A DNA stretch of 64,000 nucleotides from a virus (lineage: Duplodnaviria; Caudoviricetes). The position numbers and the translations under genes are program-made. The notes beneath the pieces were generated by a model. It saw nothing but the letters and a program-made list of their open reading frames with translations, was not told the DNA's origin and searched no databases. Positions 55,726 through 64,000 of the stretch are shown here, in pieces. Where the stretch lies: positions 1-64,000 of IMG/VR virus record IMGVR_UViG_3300042463_001805; one strand, written 5' to 3'. The first letter of the stretch is position 1, and each line of letters opens with the position of its first letter.

Positions 55726-58305
55726 ATGAAAAATTTTTTAATAATACTATTCACCTTAGTTTCTTTTTTGGGTTTTACACAAGTATCAAGTCTTTATTCA
55801 TTTTCTGAGACAACCGGTACATATACGGCAATTGTTGGTGGTACGCAATTAGTAACAACAATTGGCGGTGCCGTCACTTATGATACTGATGGTAGTTATT
55901 TTACAATACCTTCCGGATCACAATTTCAGTTTAATAATACAACAATTACATCTGTTAATATGACAGCAGATGGTGCTTTGTTTTTAAACCCAGGAACAAC
56001 AACAACAGGAAATAGTGTAACTGGACCATTATCATCAACAGGTACTGCAGTGGGTGTTATTGCAGGTATGGGTATGGATTTAAGAAGTACGGCAATTGCG
56101 TCACAAGTATATGAAAGAAGATGGGAGGATGTAGGCACTGAAGTGGTGTTTCAATGGCAAAATGCCGCAAGATATTTACAAAGTAGTTCAGAAAGATTTT
56201 CATTTCAAATTAGAGTAAACAAATCAAATGGTCAAATAAGTGTTGTGTATGGTAATATGACGACAATTACAACAAGTACAACTTATCAACCAATGGTTGG
56301 TTTAAGGGGTTCCACAAATACAGACTACAATAACAGAAGATTAACAACTTCTATACCGGATGCAACACCAAATTGGGGAGCACCAAATGGTACAACCGCT
56401 GGAACATCTAATGCTCACAACGTAAGGTTTCGTAGTGGATGTGTCCCTTCAACAGGGTTAATATTTATTTGGACTGTGCAGTCTTGTATAGGTCCTACAT
56501 TACCAATAATATCGTACACTTCATCATCAACCGCAAATCTTTCTTGGACGGCACCTGGTTCTCCACCATCTAATGGGTATAATTGGGAACTTAGATCATC
56601 AGGTGCTGGTGGAAGTGGGGCAACAGGTCTAGTATCTTCAGGTTCTGTCGCCGCAGGAACAACATCTGCAACCGCAAACGGTTTAACACAACAAACATCA
56701 TATACTTTATATGTACAAAGTAATTGTGGTGGTTTAACAAGTTCTTGGGTTGCATCAACCGCAAGTACAAGTCCACCAACTAATAATGATTGTTCAAATG
56801 CAACATCTGTCACAGTAAACAGTTCTTCAACCTGTACCTCAACAACTTCCGCTAGTAGTGTTGGTGCAACACAATCTTCAGCGGCATGTGCCGGTACAGG
56901 TGCTGATGATGACGTATGGTTTTCTTTTGTTGCAACAAATACTTCACATGTTCTTACTGTCACACCAGGTACTATGGCTGATGTTGTTTTTCAAGTGTAT
57001 GGTGGTAATTGTGGTGGACTTTCATCACTATCTTGTATTGATGCGACGGCAGGTTATAGTGTAGAAACCACAACAGTTAATAGTTTAAGTATTGGTGTTA
57101 CTTACTACATAAGAATTCATAGTTACGCATCCACTGTTGGGTCAAGGGGTACTTTTACAGTTTGTATTACAACACCCTGTACGACACCAACAACCGCAGG
57201 AACACTTTCTTCTAACAAAACATCTACCGTTGTAAATGATGCTGTTACATTCTCAATTGTGGGAAATGGAGGTAGTGTAACATTATTAGAATGGTCTTTT
57301 AATAATTTTAGTACAGTTGACGGATCAATTACAAATCCAGTTATGCCATACACATTACAACTAAATGTTGCACAAACAAATATGTATTTTAGAGCAACTT
57401 CAGTAAATGGTTCTTGTCCTGCTGGTGTTACATCACCAATTTTAGTCACATTAGAACTTGCACCACCATATACTTATGGGGTTAGTGATGGTGATTATAT
57501 AACAAATGTAACTTTAAGTGATATTAATAATACATCTACTGAAGACGGAGACGCGTATTCTGATTACCTTTCAATTGTTGGTAATTTAGACATCGGTGGT
57601 GTTTATACAATATCTGTTTCAGGTACACTAACTTTTGGTTCGTACCCTGGTTATAGTGCTTGGATTGATTGGGACCAAGACGGGGTATTTCAAACAACAG
57701 AAAATGTATTATTATCGGCACCAGGTGCGATAGGTTCCGCATCTGTTAATGTACCAAATGATGCTATTGGGGGTACAGTTAAAATGAGAGTACTTTCTGT
57801 TTGGAATGCAACACCAACAAATGATGCTTATTATTCAACAGGATATGGTTATGGTGAAATAGAAGAATACAGTATACTATTAAGTGTCCCATTACCTGTT
57901 GAATTGAGTCAATTTGAAGGTGATTTATACCCATTATTTAATGTGATTAAATGGTCAACAGAATCTGAAAACAACTCAAGTCATTTTGATTTAGAATCAA
58001 GTAATGACGGTAATAATTGGAAGACTATTACAACAAAATCTGCCGCTGGTAATAGTAATGAAACTATAAGATATTCATATATTGATAATAATTTAAATAG
58101 TATTGTTTATTATAGATTACAACAATTTGATATTGACGGTAAATTTGAAACGTATGGACCGATAGTTATCACGAGGGATGTTACAGATAAAAAAATTATA
58201 GGTTATATTAATTTAATGGGTCAAGAAGTTAAACCTGAAAATGTACATGGAATTATAATTGAAATTTATGATGATGGAACTATGAGAAAAATAACCAAAT
58301 ATTAA
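55726..58305 (+). CDS. Secreted Bacteroidota-type surface protein (FN3-like, GEVED-like, C-terminal T9SS-associated region)
   Basis: Signal peptide ending FT|Q; PPTNNDC..A, DDDVWFSF, AWIDWDQDGVF...E, GEIEEY, PLPVEL..F, W.T.SENNS.HF, YYRL.QFD.DG, NLMGQ. Confidence 0.85.
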   Translation: MKNFLIILFTLVSFLGFTQVSSLYSFSETTGTYTAIVGGTQLVTTIGGAVTYDTDGSYFTIPSGSQFQFNNTTITSVNMTADGALFLNPGTTTTGNSVTGPLSSTGTAVGVIAGMGMDLRSTAIASQVYERRWEDVGTEVVFQWQNAARYLQSSSERFSFQIRVNKSNGQISVVYGNMTTITTSTTYQPMVGLRGSTNTDYNNRRLTTSIPDATPNWGAPNGTTAGTSNAHNVRFRSGCVPSTGLIFIWTVQSCIGPTLPIISYTSSSTANLSWTAPGSPPSNGYNWELRSSGAGGSGATGLVSSGSVAAGTTSATANGLTQQTSYTLYVQSNCGGLTSSWVASTASTSPPTNNDCSNATSVTVNSSSTCTSTTSASSVGATQSSAACAGTGADDDVWFSFVATNTSHVLTVTPGTMADVVFQVYGGNCGGLSSLSCIDATAGYSVETTTVNSLSIGVTYYIRIHSYASTVGSRGTFTVCITTPCTTPTTAGTLSSNKTSTVVNDAVTFSIVGNGGSVTLLEWSFNNFSTVDGSITNPVMPYTLQLNVAQTNMYFRATSVNGSCPAGVTSPILVTLELAPPYTYGVSDGDYITNVTLSDINNTSTEDGDAYSDYLSIVGNLDIGGVYTISVSGTLTFGSYPGYSAWIDWDQDGVFQTTENVLLSAPGAIGSASVNVPNDAIGGTVKMRVLSVWNATPTNDAYYSTGYGYGEIEEYSILLSVPLPVELSQFEGDLYPLFNVIKWSTESENNSSHFDLESSNDGNNWKTITTKSAAGNSNETIRYSYIDNNLNSIVYYRLQQFDIDGKFETYGPIVITRDVTDKKIIGYINLMGQEVKPENVHGIIIEIYDDGTMRKITKY

Positions 58306-58322
58306 GATATTTATATTAAGTT

Positions 58323-59033
58323 ATGAATATTAATTTAATTGTTAAAAACATATTGAAAGAGGCAAATTCTGACAGATATGCAGGTTATTATAATGGACCA
58401 TTAACAATGGGTGAAATTGATTGGGAAAAATCCTCTTTAGGTCCTTTTACAAATAAAGTTTCAAAATTTTTTAATGCTGAGCTAGAGTATGATAGTTATG
58501 ATGGTTCTTTGGACTCACATAAAAAAGATAGAAAAAAATTAGAAACAAAATCTCGTAAAATTTCTAAATACAATAAAAAACATCCTCAAGCAAATGATGA
58601 AGATGGTGGAATTATTAATCAAACACCAGGTAAAGGTAAAAGAATTGTTCCTGTTAATGAATGGGTTGAATTAGATAAAATACCATTAAATGAAGATTTA
58701 GCCGTTTGGTTTGGAAAAAAGAAAAAGCCAAAAGGATCGTCACAACCAAAAGGGCCGTGGGTGGATATATGTAGAAAAGTTGATGGTAAACATCCTCCTT
58801 GTGGTAGAAGTGACACTAGTAAAGGTGCGTATCCTAAATGTAGAGCCGCTGGTGTTGCTGGCAAAATGTCTGATTCACAAAAAAGATCTGCATGTCAACA
58901 AAAAAGAAGAGCGGAGAAAAAAGATACTCAGTCAGGTAAGGGGCAAAAACCTGTAATGACCTCTTATAAAACAAAAAAGACTCAAAAAGAGTCTTTAGAT
59001 ATCATTGTAAGAAATATTTTATCAGGTCTTTAA
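58323..59033 (+). CDS. Leader-bearing basic protein with W..W.D.C/CGR/YPKC motifs
   Basis: INLIVKNILKE; LNEDLAVWFG..WVDIC..CGRS..YPKCR; TATTTAT at 58308. Confidence 0.7.
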   Translation: MNINLIVKNILKEANSDRYAGYYNGPLTMGEIDWEKSSLGPFTNKVSKFFNAELEYDSYDGSLDSHKKDRKKLETKSRKISKYNKKHPQANDEDGGIINQTPGKGKRIVPVNEWVELDKIPLNEDLAVWFGKKKKPKGSSQPKGPWVDICRKVDGKHPPCGRSDTSKGAYPKCRAAGVAGKMSDSQKRSACQQKRRAEKKDTQSGKGQKPVMTSYKTKKTQKESLDIIVRNILSGL

Positions 59034-59473
59034 CAATATGGTGGTGAACATCTTCTTTTACCGTCCAGTCCTTTAATTTTTCCTTTACAAACTTGTACAC
59101 CGTGACCATTACTATATGCACTTGGAAATACATCATATCTTGATTTAGCCGCCGCTTTACCTCTAGCACATAATTTAGTTCCCGTTTTTTTACGACCTTC
59201 TTCAATCATATCTTCTTCATAATCACTACCACCTTCCATTTCATTTTTTAAAAAATCAAAAACTTGGTCCATATTATTTTTAGCTTCAGAGATATGGTCT
59301 TGGGCCCAATCATGTCCGTTTTCTAAAATAGACTCAATTTCATCTTGATCCATATCCAATAACATTTCACACTGTCTCTTCATTTGTTCAAGATTTGAAA
59401 AGAACATATATCTACTTGAATGTTTTTTTTCTTCTTCTCTTAATACTCTTTTTATTATTCTACTGATATTCAT
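59030..59473 (-). CDS. Leader-bearing protein with PSAY motif
   Basis: ISRIIKRVLREE; HDWAQDH; LCARGKAAAK..YDVFPSAY. Confidence 0.7.
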   Translation of the reverse strand: MNISRIIKRVLREEEKKHSSRYMFFSNLEQMKRQCEMLLDMDQDEIESILENGHDWAQDHISEAKNNMDQVFDFLKNEMEGGSDYEEDMIEEGRKKTGTKLCARGKAAAKSRYDVFPSAYSNGHGVQVCKGKIKGLDGKRRCSPPYC

Positions 59474-59476
59474 TTT

Positions 59477-61285
59477 TTAACTATTTAAACCATTTGGTCC
59501 TCCTAATACAACCATGTTTAATTGCATTATAGGGTTATTATATCCATCCGTATAAATAGGATGTGGTGTAGATACCGAGTTAACTGTACTTCCGGTTGAT
59601 CCACAATCACAACATATTACACATGCGTTGTATTCAGTATTTGCACTTCTTGGTTGATTTATATCTGGACAATACTGACAACTGTAGAAAAAATACGCCA
59701 CAGACATACTTTCAGTGGATGCTGAACTAGGTTGAGGACATACACTTGTAATTGTATAACAATTTTGTCTTTGATCTCTAATTGTATAATTTGGTAAAGT
59801 AAAACCATTTCCAATAATTGAAAGATAATTACTTAAACTAATTGTAACATAACTTTCTTCGTCCGTATCACAATTAATTAATCCGACAGTTATGTTGGAA
59901 TTACCTAAACAAGTTCCGCAACCATCATATAATTCAGTATTTCCTAAACTATCTTTTTTGGTATCATACCACGTTGAGCTGTCTGTACCTGGTACAGTAC
60001 TATCTAATTGAACACAAACGTATTCATTTGAACCCCACATTGCTTTTACAACGTTTCCTGTTGCTAATCCGGCAGATGAAACAGTTGTTACATAAATGTC
60101 TTGACCTGTTTCACAAATAGTTCCATACCACAATTCAATATTTGCGTTATAATCGACACAATCAGGACAATCATTAAAAGTATTTACACTATATAAGGTA
60201 TAATCACCACCAGTTGTAATATTACCTATAGTTGTACAGACTTGTTGATACGGATCAAAATAAGTAGTACCTGATGGTAAATATTGATACAAATAAACAG
60301 TTCCTGTGATTGGTTCTTCACTACAAGTGCTATACTCATATGCAACACCATTACATTCAATACAAGGATCACATCCTGGCGATGGAACAAAATTTAAAAA
60401 GTACGGGCTTGAAATTTCTTCAGTCGTTGGACCTACCACTCTAAAACATCCATCATCAGTTGAAAGGTGTGAATAATCACCAATACCAAATAAAGTTGAA
60501 GCCCAAACAACAAGTTGATTTCTTGGGTCTGTACAACTTTCAAGTAATATTTTTTGATTTTCTGTTGCTAAACAATCTTCACAAAAATTACCACCTTCAC
60601 CCGGATTACCATAATCAGAAACAAATGTCCATTCAGGAGTACCTATAGCTTGGTCATTAACAACACCACAATATATATTTGTACCATCAGTATATGATAT
60701 TGTATTTCCAGAATATCCAGGTAATAATAAAACGTAATCACTATTCTCTTCATTACAACGAATAACTTCATAAGTTGTTGCATTTGCTAAAAAACAATCT
60801 TCACAACCACTTCTACCTTCGTAAGATGTTACTTCACCAACTATTGAAGAAAAGATTCTACGATTATAAGCTTCTTCGTTACCGTATTGTTGTATTGATC
60901 CGACTTGCCAGCAAGTGGTAACCCTTTGAATTTCTCCTCCTTCTCCATCATTAACATCAACTGTACCATAAAAAGAATCGTTAACTATTGGTAAATAACC
61001 TAATTCAGATATTGGTACTTCAACACTTTTTATTGTACCATCACAAGAATCAAAAGTCACAGTACCATAGTTATTATTTAAACAGTCATAACAATCAGTA
61101 TAAATTGATTGAGCATACACTGTGGAACCAGTGGCGTCCACATCAGTAATTTCAAAACAACCAAACGTTTTAAAATCTGGTGAATTTGCATAAACAAAAC
61201 TACCAATAATTATACTTGGTACACTGTTATAGTTTACGTTTGTAGTAGTACCTGTGTTGTAACATAATTGAGCGTTACTTGCCAT
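59477..61285 (-). CDS. Cysteine-rich repeat virion protein
   Basis: Repeated CxxC-containing units (CYDC, CEDC, CDPC, CPDC, CGTC, CQYC). Confidence 0.7.
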   Translation of the reverse strand: MASNAQLCYNTGTTTNVNYNSVPSIIIGSFVYANSPDFKTFGCFEITDVDATGSTVYAQSIYTDCYDCLNNNYGTVTFDSCDGTIKSVEVPISELGYLPIVNDSFYGTVDVNDGEGGEIQRVTTCWQVGSIQQYGNEEAYNRRIFSSIVGEVTSYEGRSGCEDCFLANATTYEVIRCNEENSDYVLLLPGYSGNTISYTDGTNIYCGVVNDQAIGTPEWTFVSDYGNPGEGGNFCEDCLATENQKILLESCTDPRNQLVVWASTLFGIGDYSHLSTDDGCFRVVGPTTEEISSPYFLNFVPSPGCDPCIECNGVAYEYSTCSEEPITGTVYLYQYLPSGTTYFDPYQQVCTTIGNITTGGDYTLYSVNTFNDCPDCVDYNANIELWYGTICETGQDIYVTTVSSAGLATGNVVKAMWGSNEYVCVQLDSTVPGTDSSTWYDTKKDSLGNTELYDGCGTCLGNSNITVGLINCDTDEESYVTISLSNYLSIIGNGFTLPNYTIRDQRQNCYTITSVCPQPSSASTESMSVAYFFYSCQYCPDINQPRSANTEYNACVICCDCGSTGSTVNSVSTPHPIYTDGYNNPIMQLNMVVLGGPNGLNS

Positions 61286-61298
61286 AATTTTATATTTT

Positions 61299-62759
61299 TT
61301 ATAATTTATTTACTATTTGAAATTGTAGTTCTCTTTTATAAGTATCTACGTTTTTATCAGTTATCACTTTTATATCAACAAAATATTCATTTGGTATTTT
61401 ATCAGTTGTATCAAAAACAAAATAATAACCATCTGGTGTTTTATTAACTCTTGTCCAATCTTGGACTTGTACTTCTGTATTTGCTCCTTCTCTAACATAA
61501 ATTCTATAATAACACTCCACTGGATTTAAAACAGAATTAGATGAATATGCTTGTTTGATTGTTAAATTTACTTTTCTAATGTCGGTATTTAGTACTTTTT
61601 CATTTTGTTTTATACCACTTACAGAAAATCCAAAAATTTTAGGGTTACTTGTAGTTGTTCCTATTTGATAATTTCCTGCGGTTTCAAGTACTGCGAATTC
61701 ATTTTCAACGTTTGATAAAGATGTGCCATTTATTGATAAACCCTTCCATACGTCAGAAAATAAACACGGTATTGATGTTGATGTGAACCCTGATAATGTA
61801 ACTTTATAAACCCCCTTTGTTACTAAACAAGTTGTAAGTGCAGTAAAACCAACCACAGGATCACCATTTGAATCCAAAATATCAACTGTTGGTAATGTGT
61901 CTAAATTAATTGGGTTACCATTTTCATATACATACAGGTATAAATTATTATTTACACCACCATAAAAATTATTTCTATCATCATCTATTAAGTCATCATA
62001 AGATGTTTCTAAAAATGGTTCATAAAAAGTTTGTGTATAAGGAGAAAAGAAACCAACCGAATAATTTTCAGTCATACCTGAAATATTTTCAACTTGAGGT
62101 AAAAAGGCAATTCCATAACCGGTAACACCCGTAGTACCGCCACTTAAAATTGAGTTTATTTCATTGGACATATTAAACTCTATATCTTCATTCCCAAACT
62201 CAAAGTGTTGTGTATCAATAATTGTTAATCCAGTATAATTCACACCTGTACCTGTGACAGAATTTGTGTTACTGTAAATACCAGGGGTCGTCCAACCACT
62301 TATAGTTAACGTCTCAAACCAATTTGATGGTCTTTGTGAAAAAGATCTATCATTTAAATTTGTTACACCAAAATCGTAGTAATCATAACCAACACCACTA
62401 TCCCATGGCTGATTCTGAGGGATTCTAAATAAAATTAAATCAAAAGACGTTGCCCTTCTTCTTCCTTGAGATGTTTTATCATTTATTAGTTCTTTATCAA
62501 AAAAAGATGTGTTTTTCATTCTTAAAGTGTGACTAATGTTGTTAAATTTAGTACACCCGGTTGATATTGTATAATCTAAAAATTTTTCAGTAAGTTTAGA
62601 TAAATCTATGTTAAATATATAACGGCTATATCCTATTGGTTGAGCCAAATTATTTACCCTACCGTAAAATAATTCAACAATTGGGTTTCTTGCCGTATTG
62701 GTATACGAATTATATATTAACGTGTTTGATTTATCAAAATAAGAACGGTAAATTGACAT
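61299..62759 (-). CDS. Virion structural protein
   Basis: Thr/Ser/Gly-rich; YF.K.NT...S..NT..NP..EL.YG; minus-strand TATTTAT at 62775-62781. Confidence 0.6.
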   Translation of the reverse strand: MSIYRSYFDKSNTLIYNSYTNTARNPIVELFYGRVNNLAQPIGYSRYIFNIDLSKLTEKFLDYTISTGCTKFNNISHTLRMKNTSFFDKELINDKTSQGRRRATSFDLILFRIPQNQPWDSGVGYDYYDFGVTNLNDRSFSQRPSNWFETLTISGWTTPGIYSNTNSVTGTGVNYTGLTIIDTQHFEFGNEDIEFNMSNEINSILSGGTTGVTGYGIAFLPQVENISGMTENYSVGFFSPYTQTFYEPFLETSYDDLIDDDRNNFYGGVNNNLYLYVYENGNPINLDTLPTVDILDSNGDPVVGFTALTTCLVTKGVYKVTLSGFTSTSIPCLFSDVWKGLSINGTSLSNVENEFAVLETAGNYQIGTTTSNPKIFGFSVSGIKQNEKVLNTDIRKVNLTIKQAYSSNSVLNPVECYYRIYVREGANTEVQVQDWTRVNKTPDGYYFVFDTTDKIPNEYFVDIKVITDKNVDTYKRELQFQIVNKL

Positions 62760-62782
62760 TAAAGTATTTTTATAATAAATAC

Positions 62783-64000
62783 TTAGTTAATCCGAATATT
62801 ACTATTTAAAACTTTTTGATATGCTTCTTGCATTTTAACTAACAAATCGTTTGTACTTATTAATGATGCTCTTGATACCGATGTTGGTGGAAGCATTGGA
62901 TATGGGTGGTCATGAGTTATTAAAAAATTAACAATTAATTGTAATAAATCTAATAAAGGTTCACCTCTAACCATAGATGTTGTATTAGGCTCAATAACAT
63001 CAAAAATCGTGTCTGCGGTTATACCATATATTGTATTTGCTAAATCTATTTTACTTTTTCCTTGAACTTCTGAATCGTGACTTAATAAATACAATTTATT
63101 GGCTCCCATAATACCAACAGTATTATCTAAAACAGATGTTGTTACCGGTGTTACTTCTTCAGTTGTTACAGTAAATGGTAAAGGTGTTTTAAAATCTTTA
63201 TATATTAAACCGTAACCTGGTTTTATTTGTGTTGTATATATTTTAACTAAATTCACCAATTGTGACATGTTTGTTAAAGAAACAATATCCACATTTTCAG
63301 ATAGATTAGAAACTGTGTTTCTAATTGAGTCGTCAGGTCTATAAAAAAATGGAAATTGTTGGTTTCTATCTACTTCACAAAAAGCAGATGGACCATCATG
63401 AAAATTTCTGATAGTTTGACTAATTAATTTAGCAAATTCTTCTAAAGGTAACGGGTCACTTACAGGTGGACCAATAGTAAAATCATAAACTAAAGGATAT
63501 GAACTTTTACCAGTTAAAACTGTGTCATAATCTAAAACGTTTGATTGTGTTAAATAACTGTTTTCTTCCGGTAATTTATAAATGTAAATTCCGCCGGAGA
63601 ATAAATTAACTGAACTATTTGGTGTTGAACATCTATACTCTACTAAAAATTTTACAGGTTCGTTTTTATCTACGAATTTTTGAATTTTTTCAGAAGATCC
63701 CGTCTCTTTTTTCAATCCTAACTTACTTAATTGTAAAAACGCCCTGTTTGGGTTTGGTGTTGGTACTTCAGCTCTTTGAAACGGAAAGTGTTTTCCTGCC
63801 CTTAATAAAATTTCATTATCTTTTATAATAACATCTGCAGAGTCCCTACCATTTAAAGTAATATCCACAGGTTCAACAAACACTCCTGATTTTGCAGGGT
63901 CTTTATATGTGCCATCATTGTTTTTTATGTTTGGTAAACTAACTAATGAATTTTGATATCCGTCATCTAAATGAGTTCTTGATGAGTTATAGTCCTCTTT
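62783..64000 (-). CDS. Baseplate hub/spike-like protein, 5'-partial
   Basis: Frame stays open to the window end; GR...D.I...E.L.RAG, VRGE.L..LL..I..FL..H.H, L...IRIN resemble a gp5/gp45-type C-terminus. Confidence 0.55.
   Translation of the reverse strand, partial: KEDYNSSRTHLDDGYQNSLVSLPNIKNNDGTYKDPAKSGVFVEPVDITLNGRDSADVIIKDNEILLRAGKHFPFQRAEVPTPNPNRAFLQLSKLGLKKETGSSEKIQKFVDKNEPVKFLVEYRCSTPNSSVNLFSGGIYIYKLPEENSYLTQSNVLDYDTVLTGKSSYPLVYDFTIGPPVSDPLPLEEFAKLISQTIRNFHDGPSAFCEVDRNQQFPFFYRPDDSIRNTVSNLSENVDIVSLTNMSQLVNLVKIYTTQIKPGYGLIYKDFKTPLPFTVTTEEVTPVTTSVLDNTVGIMGANKLYLLSHDSEVQGKSKIDLANTIYGITADTIFDVIEPNTTSMVRGEPLLDLLQLIVNFLITHDHPYPMLPPTSVSRASLISTNDLLVKMQEAYQKVLNSNIRIN

Noticed and set aside
346-63828. 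Many short antisense or alternate-frame ORFs in the track (e.g. 1201-1476, 9271-9579, 43471-43794, 52041-52553, 56415-56963)
   Set aside because: Shadows of stronger overlapping genes or of low-complexity repeats, with no motifs
1-64000. Stop-codon reassignment as in some jumbo phages
   Set aside because: Long conserved genes are intact in code 11, and TAG (18205, 43053) and TGA (44557) end genes at sensible boundaries

Overview
This is an AT-rich segment of a large T4-like (Caudoviricetes) jumbo phage read in the standard genetic code. The host is very likely Bacteroidota, judged from TAnnTTTG promoters, SD-less starts, T9SS-type cargo genes and a Flavobacterium-like bS21. The window holds the head module (terminase, portal, prohead protease, scaffold, gp23-type major capsid) with rpsU inserted antisense, plus a tmRNA, an N-domain-less ClpC with a UVR-domain neighbour, UV-repair genes, cell-wall hydrolases and tail/baseplate-like genes. 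Two regulatory classes are visible: a TATTTAT motif before virion and cargo genes (putative late promoter), and host-type TAnnTTTG boxes before interspersed minus-strand genes. The main unexplained structure is that about 20 otherwise unrelated proteins share short amphipathic N-terminal leaders bracketed by [ILV]xE motifs. One leader class matches the scaffold's C-terminal helix, suggesting a modular capsid-loading tag for polymorphic virion cargo. Several cargo genes converge on secreted, host-promoter partner genes, in an effector/immunity-like layout. All family assignments are motif recognition by eye; no searches were run.
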